In this document: positions 12,260 through 25,589 of the stretch, piece by piece
Numbering within the stretch: the stretch's first letter is position 1
Layout: each line of letters starts with the position of its first letter
DNA from: Callorhinchus milii
Lineage: Eukaryota
Length of the DNA stretch: 64,000 bases
NCBI RefSeq assembly: GCF_018977255.1
Contig: NW_024704743.1
Coordinates: 72,604,001 to 72,668,000 of the forward strand
Direction: 5' to 3'
Notes under the pieces: model-generated
The model's input: only the letters and a program-made list of their open reading frames with translations
Database searches by the model: none
Told to the model about the DNA's origin: nothing
Made by a program: the position numbers and the translations under genes

Positions 12260-12504
12260 ATAATAATAATAATCCGTGCATTTGATGTAGTGCTTTTCAC
12301 GTCTTCTAGACGTCTCAAAGCGCTTCACAGAATAGACTGTAAAGTGAATTGACTGAATATTTGTGGGCAAAATGTGGCAGCCAATTGCGCACAGCAGTGT
12401 TCCACAAACAGTATTGGATTGAAATGACCAATTTATTATTGGATTTTTTTGAGGGATTATTATCAGACATGTGGAGTAAGGAAACTTGCGCAAGGTTTCA
12501 TCCT
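12260..12504 (-). mobile_element. SINE (short form, head missing) inserted in L2
   Basis: (TAA)n, tail hairpin with TAGAA loop, body up to CAAGGTTTCATCCT; L2 sequence resumes on both sides. Confidence 0.92.
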
Positions 12505-12732
12505 AGAGTTGTCCTGGAATCAAGGGTGGAGGCAGAGAGATAGAGTTGGGTGTCATCCGCATACATGTGGAAGTGGACCCCATGTCGGCAAATGATGTCA
12601 CCAAGTGGGAGCATGTAGAGGTTGAAGAGGAGGGGACCGAGGACAGAGCCCCGAGGAACAACGCACAAAACTATGCGGGGGCTGGAAGAGAAACTGTTCG
12701 TGAAGACAAATTGGAGGTGGTGTGAGAGATAA

Positions 12733-12948
12733 ATGCATTGCATCTGGAATGCATTGCCTGAAAGGTAGTGGAAGTCGATTTGATAACATTTAAGAGAGAA
12801 GTTGATAATTATTTGGGGAGCACAAGTTTGTAGGGCTATGGGGAGAGCCGGGGTGTGGAATTGATTTGGATAGCTCTTTTAAAAGAGCCGGCACAGACAC
12901 GATGGGCTGAATGGTCTCCTTCTGTGCTGTATAATTCTATGATTCTAT
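12733..12948 (+). mobile_element. CR1 LINE 3' end inserted antisense in L2
   Basis: TGGAATGCATTGCCTG...GATGGGCTGAATGGTCTCCTTCTGTGCTGT followed by (ATTCTATG)2, the CR1-type octamer tail; GATAA on both sides (12728-12732 and 12949-12953). Confidence 0.88.
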
Positions 12949-13920
12949 GATAAGGCCTGAACCATTCGAGGATAGAACCTTGAAGGTTGAGGTAAGAGGA
13001 GAGCTGGTAGAGGAGGATGCAGTGGTCCACAGTATTGAAGGCAGCAGAGAGGTCGAGGAAAACGAGGAGACAGAGGGAGCCCTGGTCACAGATGAACAGG
13101 ATGCCTCCTCATCTGTGAGCCGCACGGAAACCTGATTGGAGGGGCTCATGAAAGGAATGGTAGGAGAGAAATGAACAAAGCTCAAATGGGAAGCAATGAT
13201 TCTTTCAAGGACCTTGGAAAGAAAAGGGAGGTTGGAGATGGGCTGGTAGTTGGAAAGCAGGGATGGGTCCAGGGAAGGTTTTTTCAGGATGCAGGTTATT
13301 ATAGCTGTTTTTAGTGGGATGGGAACGATGCCAGATGATAAGAGATTGATGATGTCGGAGAGTAGAGGGGCGAGGTGGATCTGGGAGGTAAGGAGAAGGG
13401 TGGGGATGGGATCAAGGGAGTAAGTGGTGTGTTTTATGCTGGATATAGTGATGATGAGAGAGGACGGGGAGGCAGGTTTGAAAATGTGGAGGGAGGGATG
13501 GGTAGGGGTCAGAGTGTGGGGAGAGAAGGAGATGGAGTGGCAGATGAACTATTTATTTTAGGCATATGCAGCAGCTATTGCAGCAGCAAGGTCTCACAAA
13601 TGACATGAATGGGTAGCTAATCTAGAAGATACTGGCAGAAATTTACTTGTCTTTTCGAACAATGGGATCTTTATCATCCACCTGAGCAGGCAGACAGGAC
13701 TTTGGTTTACTGACCGATTGGAAAGACAACACTTCCTGCAGCACCAAACTCCTTTGTCAGCCTGGACTGTGAGCTGTCCCCAGCACCATACAGGTATGTC
13801 AGCCCAGACTAAGAAGTCCTGACTTGTGGCTTCCAATCTTCATTGTGGACTGTGATTAATTCAGGTTAATGAACCAGGCTGCTTAGACGCGAAGGTTATT
13901 CCAATGCTTATATATGCTTT

Positions 13921-14242
13921 ATAATAATAATAATAATCCTTGTATTTGATATAGCGCTTTTCACGTCGGGAGGACGTCCCAAAGCGCTTCACAGAACACA
14001 CTGTAAAGTGAATTGACTGTACATATTTGTGGGCGAATGTGGCAGCCAATTGCGCACAGCAATGTCCCACAAACAGTCATAGATTGAAAATGACCAATTT
14101 TTATTGTTGTTTTTGGTTTTGGAGGGATTATTATTAGGCGTGTGGAGTAAGGAAACTTGCCCAAGGTTTCGCCCTGCCTGGAATTGAACTCAGGTCTCTC
14201 GCTTGCAAAGCGAGTGCTCTAACCACTGAGCTACAGGACTCC
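13921..14242 (-). mobile_element. Full-length young tRNA-Ala-derived SINE, short form
   Basis: Near-identical to 3781-4108. Confidence 0.95.
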
Positions 14243-14944
14243 ACGCCTGTTCTCTAGCAACTTTAGTGAATTTTCGACTAACAAAATTGTATCTGACAAC
14301 ATCAGAAAGTACTTCATAATAATAAACCAAAAATCTTTCCATTTGATATAGTATCTATAGGATTAAAACATCTCAAAGTACTTCACAGAAAATTACTGTC
14401 AAGCACAGTGACTATTTATAGGCAACAGTGGTAGCCAGTAATGCCCCATAATCAGTCGTGCAATGAATGATCTATTTATCTTGAGAACAATTGGCAAGGT
14501 GTCATGAGATCTTTAACATCCAGTAATGCATTGCTATCAATTACTGATATCATGGATCATCTCATCCAAAGGATGACACCTCTGGTAATGCATTGCTATG
14601 AAGTACTGAGTTAGAACAACTGTGTGATTATGGGGTTTGGGCCAACTACTTTCTCTCCCAAGAGAGACTGCTACCAGACTGAATTAAACTTAGATGGTGA
14701 TATGGTAAGATAAGTACAACATTGAGTCAGATATGTGTACTGTAATATTGCATAGGTAGGGAGTGATGTTATTGGTAATTAATTGTCTTGTGTCACCCTA
14801 CAGAGATGGTGTGATTAAACCAACACTTTAATCACTGTAACAGAAACATGATTTAACTGTGATCATCCATACAGTGAGGGTTTTAAAATAACCCTGAAAG
14901 ACAATCTTTCATCCAAATACCACACTATTTTTTTATAATAAATA

Positions 14945-15210
14945 TTATAATAATCCTTGCATTTGGTACAGCAGAAGGATCCTTCACAGAATGTTTCATA
15001 TCTGTAAAATGTAGTGACTGTATTTTGTAAAAAAAAGGTGGAAGGCAATTTGCACATAGCACTGTACCACAAACAGCCATGAAGTGAATGACCAAATTCA
15101 TCTGTAGGATTGTTCGCCAGGACACCAGGTGAAAATCCCTTCTCAGATGGAGCTTGAACCCACAACCTTCTGTTTCAGAGGTGAGAGTATTAGCATCTGA
15201 GTCAGGCTAA
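14945..15210 (-). mobile_element. Old Deu-type SINE with internal deletion
   Basis: Tail, Deu 3' body and reverse-complemented head (CTTGAACCCACAACCTTCTG...CTGAGTCAGGCT). Confidence 0.7.
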
Positions 15211-15224
15211 CATTTGATTTCATT

Positions 15225-15512
15225 TTAAACAATATCAAAGATTTTAAGTGGGCACCATTTCTGATGCTCCACTTCATCTCTTTTATTCATAAGCTTCATG
15301 CAATATCTTTCAATTTTTTTTAAATGGGCCTTGTTTATCATGTTAATATTGTTAATTTTTTCCACTTTCCTGTTCTCACACCTCCTTGCAATTTCTTTAT
15401 TATTGAAAAAAATATTGTTTTGCAGAGAAGGATCTGTCTTTACCTGCCAGATTTCTACCTTTGTCCGACATCCACAAATATGCACTTTCCACCACAAATC
15501 ACCAAACAGCAA
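15225..15512 (-). mobile_element. Possible L1-clade ORF2 C-terminal relic
   Basis: Translation IARRC...(frameshifted KWK)...HLKKIERYCMKLMNKRDEVEHQKWCPL resembles the ARRxIxxxWK...LEKxxY...WxP end of fish-type L1 ORF2; A-rich sense strand. Confidence 0.45.
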
Positions 15513-17119
15513 TCAGCAGGAATCCTGACTGATTGACATTATCTATGAAGGGATTTGGTTTGATGATCTAAATGGCCCTTTCCATGTGCTTATAAAATAA
15601 AATTCATATGTGTTTGTTATTTTTAGTATTTTGAAATTTACAAGGAGTTGCAACCTAAATTGACAAAAAGTTTTAAAATGCATTTTTGCAAAAATAAGGG
15701 AGAGAATAATTGTGTATTTAAATGTTTAGTTGATCAATGATACTGATCGCATGCATGCAAGATCTCCTCTAATACCCGTCTAACTACTGTAGTCTTTTGT
15801 GCTGCACACTTGGCTTTCACTGTAGAAAATAAGTTAAGCCACTCCTAACAATTATGGTTGGCAATGCTCCTCCCCTACAGTATACTGTGGGCCATATTAA
15901 CCACACACAAGTATATAAAATAAATCAGCTGTTTTGGTGTTAGCCTGGCTCAGCTTGTAGTACTCTCTCACATCTGAGTAAGCAGGTTGTGAGTTCAAGC
16001 CCTATGTCATTCTCTCTCTCCCCTTTTGGGATGTTATCCCGGCATGAAAGGCTTTAATTAAATGTATAAATGTTATATGTCTATATGTTTATATGTGTGA
16101 AGCACTTTAAGACATCTGTCCAACGTAAAAGGCGTGATAACAAATGCAAGGATTATTATTATATATCTGTCTTTTTTCTAAACTATAATATTGAAAAACA
16201 CAACTTCTTTTGAATCAATCAATACTATTCTACTATGTAAATTTCAAATGGGGTACTTTTCAAAATTTAACAGGAAATAACTAGCTGTGCTTAGTAATTT
16301 GTTTCTAAGGTACTCATCTTAAAAGTTGCACAAGAAATCATATATAGCTAACTAACATGGTTAATCTGGTGTTTAGGAAGGAATGGGTTAAAAAACAAAA
16401 CAAATTCCCTCTCTTTAAAACAAATGCTGAAACTGGACTGACTCCACATACCTACCATTCTTGCAGAGCTGCCTGAATTTTAACATTGTCATCCAACCAT
16501 TGCACAAAACTAGTCTCACATACCTAGCCCGAAGGAGTTCAAAAGTCTCTCAAAAATCAACATTACAAAGCAGAAATCTTTGTTAAAACTGATTGTACTG
16601 TAGTTGTTTCACCCACAAATATACAGTCAATTCACTTTGCAATATATTCTGTGAAGTGCTTTGAGAGGTCTAGAAGATGTAAAAAGTGCTACATCAAATG
16701 CAAGGGTTATTATTACTTTGGTGTGGCACAGAAACAAGTGAGAAAAAAAAACTTGAATAGTTTAAAAACTTGTAAGAGAAAAGGTGAATGTAGTTTCTTA
16801 AAGGATGTAAGGAATTTGTGAGATAACTGTGATCATGCAATCACACAGGTATGCATCAACTCCAAGGAAATTGCTGTTCTGATACACTGCTTGTCAGACA
16901 TCAGGCCTTAATTGTCTCCAACTTCACATTAACACAACCAAGGGGTTTCCAGTCAGCACCTCCTCAACCTCAACAGCTGACTGCATTGTGGTCCTGTTCT
17001 CACAACTCATGTTGTCTGTGTGGTACCTTCATAGTTTGTTTGTTTGTTCTCTGCTCTCCTTTCAAACTTTTTACGAGGGCTCTGACTAGGACCGCTTTCA
17101 TCCAATATCCACAACATCA

Positions 17120-17652
17120 GCCTCTCCCTCCTTCTGCCATTACCTCACCTCAACACAGTTGAAATCCTCGTCCATGCCTTTTTCGCTTTCAGACTTGAGT
17201 TTTCCAATGCTCTAATTGATGGCCTCCGCTACCATCAGACCATACGGAACTCTGCAGCCCATGTCATCTTCCGCACTATTCCTCAAATCCAATGGCTCCC
17301 TATCAATATCAAAATTCTCTTCCTCACCTCCACAACCCCCAAATAACATCCTCTACAGACTTGCCATATCCTATGTCCACTGTCCTACTCTGGCCTGATT
17401 CATGCCCTTCACCTTCACCTGCTCTGCCCCATCATCAGCCACTTTGGAATTCTTTGCCGAAATCCCACTGCCTCACGGCCTCCACTCTTTGCTTTCAAAA
17501 CCTTTCTGTGTTTTCAGCAACATTTCCCCAAACCCACTCCATCATCTCCCTGCCAGCCCGGGCTCCCACTCAGGCTTTGCAAAGCATTTTGAGACATTCT
17601 CCATATGTGAAAGGCACTGTGCTACATAAGTGCAACGGGTTATTGATGTTGT
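17120..17652 (+). mobile_element. Old L2 3' fragment
   Basis: GAAATCCTCGTCCATGCCTTT, CAATGGCTCCC, TTTGGAATTCTTTGCC and an L2-type tail. Confidence 0.75.
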
Positions 17653-18145
17653 TGACAGTTACAGACTATTGAGGTCTTTTAATTCTTCTTTACTTCCCTT
17701 GCTGGAGACCTACTATTGACCCATGAAACCTGACTCAATAAAACAACATAAAAACATTTTTTGAATCTAATTTTGTAAAATTATTTTTACCAAAGATTTC
17801 AGGACAGACACTAGACGTTTTCTTTACCCAGAGGGAAATTAATGTCTGATTGCCAGGAAAGGCCAGGACATTGGACTCATTTAAAAAGCAGCTTGATTAA
17901 AGTGATGATAAGGTGGATGTTCTACAAGGATGAGATCTGATGGGCAATTTTTCTCCTTTCTTTCCCTCTTTTTTCAGAACTACAGAAAACCAGTTTGAAG
18001 ATTCAATTGAATTGAAGAATTTTTGCACACTGAAATGCTAAGATAAAAAACCTAATTCTAGAACCATGCAGAAGTTCCCCTCCTCGAAGCCTTACAACAG
18101 TGCAGCCCAGTTTACAACAGACTTCACGACAGCGTGAATTCTCTT

Positions 18146-18312
18146 ATAATCATAATAATCATCCTTGCATTTGATATAGCACCTTATCATATTGTTGAGA
18201 CATTTCAAAGAGCCTCACAGAATATATTGTAAAGTGGATTGACTGTGTTCTGTGGTCAAAATGTGGCAGCCAATTACGCACAGCAATATGCCACAAACAG
18301 TCGTGGATTGTA
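18146..18312 (-). mobile_element. SINE 3' half
   Basis: ATCCTTGCATTTGATATAGC...GCAGCCAATTACGCACAGC...CCACAAACAGTCG. Confidence 0.85.
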
Positions 18313-21300
18313 TGTGAAAAAAATGTCTCCAAAGCTCCTCATTTGGTTGTTTCATAACTATCTTAAATTGATGCCCTCCAGTCACTGACTCACCAACCAG
18401 TAGAAATCATTTCTCCTTATTGACTCCCTACCAAAACCTCTCATCATTTTAAAGAGCTCTTTCAGGTTACCCTTCAATCTTCTCTATTCCAACTGCACTT
18501 TTTCTTTCTTTGTATAGGACAATTGAGAGGGGGTAACCAGCATCTAGGGAACTAGGCTCCGGTAAAAGAAAAATGCAGTCCTCGGGAGAGGAGAGAAGAG
18601 AAAATCTGTGAGAATGAAAGAAAATTTTAACACAGAAAATTTGGGAGTAAATGGTTTATGACATGCTATTCTTCCACACATACATACACCCTCCCCCAAT
18701 GCCTTGTTCACAACAATAGGCTCGGTAGATCGGTATGGTGAAAGATGTATTAAATGGTAATTGATGTATTCAGATACCATCCAAAGGAAATTCAGAGGCC
18801 CAAGGTTCAAAGTTTCCACAGCTTCTACAGAATGAGCATGGACTGCGACAACGAGAACTATTAAATCTACAGTTACACGTCCACTGGCACATTCATAAAA
18901 GCTTGCAGTCACCTTTGTTTTTGCACATCAAGCAAAGGCTGCCTCTCCAGGCTCAGTTGCGGAATTATTACAGGCCTGGGATTCATTCACCGTGAAATCA
19001 TTCAGACTTGCAATGAGGTCAGGAATTTCTGTTTTGAGAGTTATTCAGCAAAGAATGCTCCTGTTTTGTACAGCACCAAAAATCAAGCGTTAAAACCTTA
19101 TTCACTGAATGAACACCTGCTGCGGAAGAAGAATTAAACATATTCCCACCACGCGTATCAGAATATTTAAAGAGGATTTTGTGCGGAAGGTTAATGTTTT
19201 CACTAGGTAGCTGGCCACAGCATTGCTAACTGCCAGCTTCACCAGGGGCTTTACTGCTGCAATGCATAACAACAAGAGAGTCTAAGTCTTTGAAGTTGGA
19301 AGTCTTTAGACTTTGAACTACGAATGCTGTCCGTTGCATAAAGATTAACCATGTTGCCAAGAGTTTGAACTGACTCTACGTATAACTGACAGCAGAATAT
19401 TCTGTACAGCGTACACTGTAATTACCAATGCACACATCAATGCTCAATGATTTGTGAAACTAGAATTCCTATGCTGAGCAGCATCCATTAAAAAATTGGT
19501 AACCGTACAGCATGGTGCTCATGCAGATAGGACAAGCCTAGCTATTGGGGCTTTGTTTTACAAGGTTGAATACATGCACCTCCAAGTCTGCCTTGGATTA
19601 CAGTGAATCTGCCAGCATGTTTCCTTAGGGCCAGTTCAGTCTCAGAAAGATTCCACTTACTTCTCCCCTTTCCAGGAGAATATATTTCCTAAAAATAGCA
19701 CTCATTTTAACCACCTCAAAAGGGTTGCGAGCTTGAGTGGATTGCTAGATTTTGTTCATCTGACTAAAAGCTTCAATGAGCCAAGTGGGTAAAAAAGGTA
19801 CACATCTTCAAGAAAAAAAACAACTGCTCCCTTTCTAACGTAAACGTAATTAAAACTAAAATAACACAAACATAAAACATTGTGGTAACCTAATTGGGTA
19901 CAACTATTGAAATATTTCTCTGCTGCAGCACTATTATAGAAATTAATGTATACAGCAGGCAGTGACCTGGAAATGTGGGATGCCTTGACCTCACTCTGTT
20001 TTTCACCAACATTTGTACTGTTGACGCAGATAAATCCAGATTAGTACAGCTCCATCACTTCAGATAAATCCAGAAAGGTATCATACAGACTGTCACTTTA
20101 GTGAAAGACTTCAAGAAGTATGTTAAAATGTTGCCTTTTATTTTCCTACTTATTTGTCGTAAAAGTTAAAAAGTGGATGATAATAATGAATAATAATAAC
20201 CCTTGCCCTTGATACCGCATCTTATCTCATCAAAGCATCTGAAAGCACTTAGAGTTTTCTGTAAAGTTTATTGATTGTGTATTTGCACCTGTTGGAGCAA
20301 TTCTGCACGTTAAGCTGCTTTGGCTACACGTGCCTACAGTAAAACCCACTCCTCAAAGACAAAGTGGATGCACATGAAGAGTCATGGTGGACATTCAGTA
20401 GAACATGTCAATAAGGCCCACTGTTAATATCAGCAACAGCAGAAGGAAGACAGCCCAGAGTGACTTTTTTGGTCAGCTGGGTGTCTGATACACACAGAAA
20501 CCCATCATCATGCTGAAGAATCTTCAAACCAGACTGAAAGTTCTACATATGCATGTTTTCCATTTGTCTGGTATGGAATGCCAGGTCTCACTCCAGAACA
20601 ACACCTGCTGCTCTTCTTTCTGCTGTTTGTCCTGCAAGAACCACCTTATCTGATAGGATCTTGACTTGAATAATTGGTGTATTAATACAGAGCAGAAAAG
20701 AGGACGGTGATTCAGCAAAGCTGTCGTATTAATATAGTGCAGTAATCAGATAAAGTAGGAAATAACTAAAACAACCTTCCCAACAGATGGCTGCCAAGGA
20801 AAGCAAATAGAAACATCAGAGGATACAGATCAATGCAAAATGAGGAAGGAGGGATTCCAAGAGCTGTGGAACACAGAGGAATCTGGAAACGGAATTTCAC
20901 TCAGATTTAAAACAGTTGTTTTGCTTTTAATCAGAATTTAATCTAAAACTGTTCCATTTCATTTTCTTTGCAAGTGGATAAAAACATTGACAGACAATCA
21001 CTTATCTTAGACAAACCAACTGGCCGATGTATAATACACCCAGTGTTAAAAAAACACTCCAGTTTGCCAAAGATTCATTTGTGCTTACTAAAATAAACAG
21101 GCTCTATTATTTTGAAGAGGAAAAGAAGTGTTTTTTTTCTAGGAAAAGATAAATAAAATGGTTATAGTTCCTGAAATTAAAATTGGTTTTGTATTCAAAC
21201 TATAGTACTTGAGGGGAAAGCAATAATAAGTGTTGACAAATATGGAAATTATACCTGACTTTACAGAGCTTTATGGATTTTTATCCCATCGGTTCAAAAA

Positions 21301-21649
21301 TGTTTGCCTTCAAATTAGTCCTTTTCATTTAAGAGATGGTACTTTCATTGTTCCCAATGGCACTTTTACATTCTGGGGTGAGATCGACTTTGGAATTGAA
21401 AATGTGGCATTCACAAACAGGAAGTTCCTGTATTGATGGTGAGTTTCAAGTTGCAATTGTTCATGGGATTTTACTTTACTTTTGGTATACTTCTTGTCTC
21501 TTGACTGATTAAAGGCCCTGAAGTACACCAAATGGTAGAAAAGCATAAGGCTGGCCACAGAACAGCCTTTACCGGCCTTCATTATAGAACATATCTCCAT
21601 CCCCAATTTTTTTTGCAAGTTTAACAGCAAATCTGCAATTTGTGTCACA

Positions 21650-22085
21650 AAATGTTTCCATTAATGCAGATGCCATGTATATATCTAATCATGTTTAGAT
21701 TTTGCCCACACAGATCCTGATATCTGTACTGAAAATTGCCCTTTGTGATTCTAAACCAATGTCCTCTTGTTTTCTTGCTTTGGTGCCTCATAAAAATATT
21801 GTTCTGGGTTTACTTTTTCAATCCATTTAAAATTTACGCACAGCTATAAGGTCCCCTCTAAAACGTTTACGCTCAGTCTGAAATGTCCCAGCTTGTCTAG
21901 TAGTTGCTCATGGCTCATTCCTCTAACAGGGATCTAACAGTTGCTCTCCTCTGCACTGTATCATAGGGTCTGCATTGCATCAGCTTCTTCTGCTGGTTCA
22001 CCTTACTCCAGAAGCTATATTCAAAACTATATTCTGCTCCATACAACTTGGACCCTAAACTGCAGTCTGGATCAGGCTTTAAAGA
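21650..22085 (-). mobile_element. Old CR1 fragment
   Basis: CTGAAAATTGCCCTTTGTG...TGTCCTCTTG...AACTGCAGTCTG, homologous to 25590-26440 and to the reverse complement of 33770-34015. Confidence 0.6.
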
Positions 22086-22257
22086 CCCAATGGCACAATT
22101 TGAAAGGAGAAGGAAGATTTTTGAGGTGTCCTAGCCAACATTTCTTCAAACAATAATGGTGATTCACTTCATAGCTGTTTGTGGGACAATGTCGTATGCA
22201 AAATCCTGTGAAGTGTTTTGAGATGTCTCAATCACACGCTAAGAAGCTGTAACAAAT

Positions 22258-22570
22258 ATAATAGTAATCCTTGCATTTGACATGGCGCTTTTCACGTCTT
22301 CTAGACGTCTCATAGCACTTCACAAAATATACTGTAAAGTGAATTGACTGTATTTTTTTGTGTGAGCGAAACACGGCAGCCAATTGCGCACAGCAGTTTC
22401 CCACAAACAGTCGTAGATTGAAGTGACCAATTTTTATTGTTTTTTTTCTTGAGGGATTATTATCAGGCGTGTGGAGTAAGGAAACTTGCCCAAGGTTTCG
22501 TCCTGCCGGGAATCGAACTCAGGTCTCTCGCTTGCGAAGCGAGTGCTCTAACCACTGAGCTACAGGACTC
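22258..22570 (-). mobile_element. Full-length SINE (short form, CGC anticodon variant) inserted antisense in the tail of an older SINE
   Basis: Complete head, body and tail; the older plus-strand SINE starts at about 22160 and its tail resumes at 22571 (TACAATGTAAGGATTATT). Confidence 0.93.
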
Positions 22571-24359
22571 TACAATGTAAGGATTATTATTATCATCATC
22601 CGTTTTATTTTAGTTTGAAAACAGACAGGTGGAACTCTAGATGGTGAGGAACAGTGATGGCATGAATAAAATGTCATAAGTAAATATTACTTGATTTGAT
22701 ATATTGCCTTATTGCATCTGAACGTCTCAAAGTGCTTCCAACGTAATTCTTGACAAGTGTATTTATAGATGAATGCAACAACATACTTATGCAATGCCCC
22801 ACAATCACCAGTCCACTTAAAATTAATGATCATTATTCCTGGCAGACTGATGACCAGGAAACTGGGAGAAACTCCCTTCTCTTTTTGAAAAGTCAACGTG
22901 AACAGGCAGAGGTTGCCTCAGATTAAAGTCTCATCTGCAGACAATGCAGCGTTCCTCCAGGAATACATTGAAGTGTGTGCCTAGACTATCAGGTCAAATT
23001 CCATAATAACAAGGTTGTTTTATTGTGTTATTTTGTAAACTTCTGTACTATCAATGTTGATATTTATTTTGACATTAACATAGGCCTCTTTTGTTGAGAC
23101 CTGGCTAATACCCCTTAGTAATCTGCTCTGGGTTACAAATGCCAAACCAAACAATTTCTCACTGGAATTGCCTTTGCTAAAATTGAAATTGAAGGCAGAT
23201 TATTCTGTTACAATGTGCAACGTAATGTTTAATTGATTTTCTCATTAGTTTCTTATAATGTTCACAAGGTCTTCTGAACAGCAGTGCTTTGTCATTAATT
23301 ATGATGTCTCGTTGCAACAACCAAAGCATGGGACAGTTCATAGGAAAGTAATACTGCTTTACAATAATATAAAATATTTAATTAAAAACAGAAACAAGAG
23401 TTATGGCATTGAAAAGAAGAAGAAATACCGTTTTCAGTAGTTTCTTTTTGCCAAGAAGGCTCCATTGGTATAAAGTGGGATTTAAAACAGTTCAGAAAAT
23501 AACTCATTTGTACAGTTGAGATTATGTTACACAGACAGACACACACACACAGACGGTGGTAAAAGCAGCAAATATTATAACAATAAATGATCTGAAATCT
23601 GACTGTACAAGAAAGAAGTTATTAGTTCTTTTTGTCCCTATTGCTAGATTGATAGACAAACAATTTTACCCGATAATTTAGTCTTCAGACTTTTCCCCTA
23701 TAGCAAGTATATTGTCACAAATGTAATACACAGGACACAAAGGCTGTTCTCTTCGAAGCTGAGGAGCCTATTTAGTTGTGAGGGACGGGGTAAGCCTTGG
23801 ATTCTCTTTAAGATTTGCATGGTTTGCTTTCAACTAATTCAAGTCTGAATTGAATTAGAAATTTGCTAGCAAGCCAACTAAGATCTGATCCCCACTAGCA
23901 TGGGTCTGTACAGCCTGTCTGAACACAGAGTCGACAGTCAGTCACCACAGGGTAGTTGAACCTACAAACACAGTGAATCCAACAGTTTAACCCCTGTACT
24001 GCCAGATGTCTTCATGGACTAAGTAAGAAGAAAGTACTTGCATTTTATAGTACCTATAACACTGAAATACCTTAAAATGCTTCACAGTACCTGCTGTCAC
24101 AAATAGTGACTTGTTTTTTTGTAGGTAAACATAGTAAGCATTTGCACACAGCAATGGACCAAAAAAACAGCCATATGTGAATAGGCATTAATTCAGAGCA
24201 TTGTTAGCTATGACACTGAGAGAAATTCCGTTTTTCCTACAATGTCACACAATCTTTGTCATCCACCTGAGGACAAGCCTACAGGATCTTGGTTTACAAC
24301 ATTTTATAAAATAAATAATCTGTATAATTAAGATTATGTTGCACACAGTGGTAATAACA

Positions 24360-24632
24360 ACAACCTTAGTTTCCTCATTCCATGGACCTCTTGTTTACCT
24401 AGCAGGAACCTGGTTGTAGGTCGATTGCAGATTGCTTTTCGGGGGTAATAAGCCCTGCAAAAAAAAATTCGGTCACTCAATCTACGATGATTTGTGAGAC
24501 ACTGCTGTATGCAATTGGCTGCCGTGTTTCATCCACAAAATATACAGTCAATTCATTTTATAGTACATTCTGTGAAGCGCTTTGAGACATCTCGAAGATG
24601 TGGTAAGATGCTATATCAAATTATTATTATTA
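24360..24632 (+). mobile_element. SINE, long form, head missing
   Basis: TGTTTACCTAGCAGGAACCTGGTTGTAGGTCGATTG segment, then body and tail. Confidence 0.85.
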
Positions 24633-25019
24633 TATACTTTACAATATGAAATTTATGTAAGTTGACAAATAAGAAGGTATTAGTTCTCTCTGTCTCATTG
24701 AAGAACAGTACCTTCAATAACGTAAGCACTCCTCGAATACTCTACTGGAGTATAGCCTAGACTATGACCTCAAGGACTGACATGGGGTTTGAACCCATAA
24801 ACCTTTGACTTTACTACACAGAACTATAACTAGAAGAATAATCACCTCTCTTTCCAACCGGGGATACCATTGGAATGTCCCTCACTTATTTCAGATAAAT
24901 TATGTTTTGCCCACCCCAGAAATCCAGATAATGTCACGTATGTGAAACAAGAAAGGTAATTCAAAGATATGTGTTTGCAAGCAGAGATCTTGAGTAACAA
25001 TGTGTGTTCCAACATACAT

Positions 25020-25570
25020 GCAATCAAAGTGACTGCTCCATCTGGTTAGTGTGATAGAACTGTACTGAGTGTAATTGAGGTAATTGTTGTCAGACCCAGA
25101 GTTCTCAAATGAAGGGTGTTTTTCAACTGACATCCATTACAGCCAGAGGAAGTGATGCGCGCCAAAAAATGGAGTCTGAATGGAGTTTCACAACTTGGAT
25201 TTACATTACAGCGCTCGCTAGCTCTGCTTTCAATCACCTCCATAACATTACCCACCTCTACCTTTATCTCTCCCTCCAGGCTTCTGAGATCCTCATCCAC
25301 ACATTCATTAACTCCAGGCTCAATTAACCAAACCATGCTTGCCAGACTCCCAAGCTCTTTTCTGCACAGGTTGCAGACCCTCCAGAGCTCTGCAGCTCAT
25401 ATATTTTCCTGTACCAGGCTCCCTGAGTCTGTCACTTCTTTTCTTCTTCGGCTCCCCATTTGGCTCCACTGGCTCCCATCTCCCAGTGGATCGATTTTGA
25501 GATGAACTTACTCCATTCCCTATCTCCTCTTCCAGTCAGTTACATGAAGTGCTTTGAGACGTTCTTGTGA
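25020..25570 (+). mobile_element. Old L2 fragment
   Basis: Translations SEILIHTFINSRLN, RLQTLQSSAAHI, LHWLP. Confidence 0.75.
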
Positions 25571-25589
25571 CAGCAATTTTAATGGTCCC

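Larger units (their letters stand above)
11551..13540 (-). mobile_element. Older L2 LINE body (RT region), interrupted by SINE and CR1 insertions
   Basis: Motifs [51 protein letters not shown]; collinear with 9125-10690. Confidence 0.92.

Noticed and set aside
20395..20460. Hydrophobic tail-anchor-like peptide LWAVFLLLLLILTVGLIDMFY on the minus strand
   Set aside because: An in-frame stop lies a few codons upstream and there is no convincing splice acceptor
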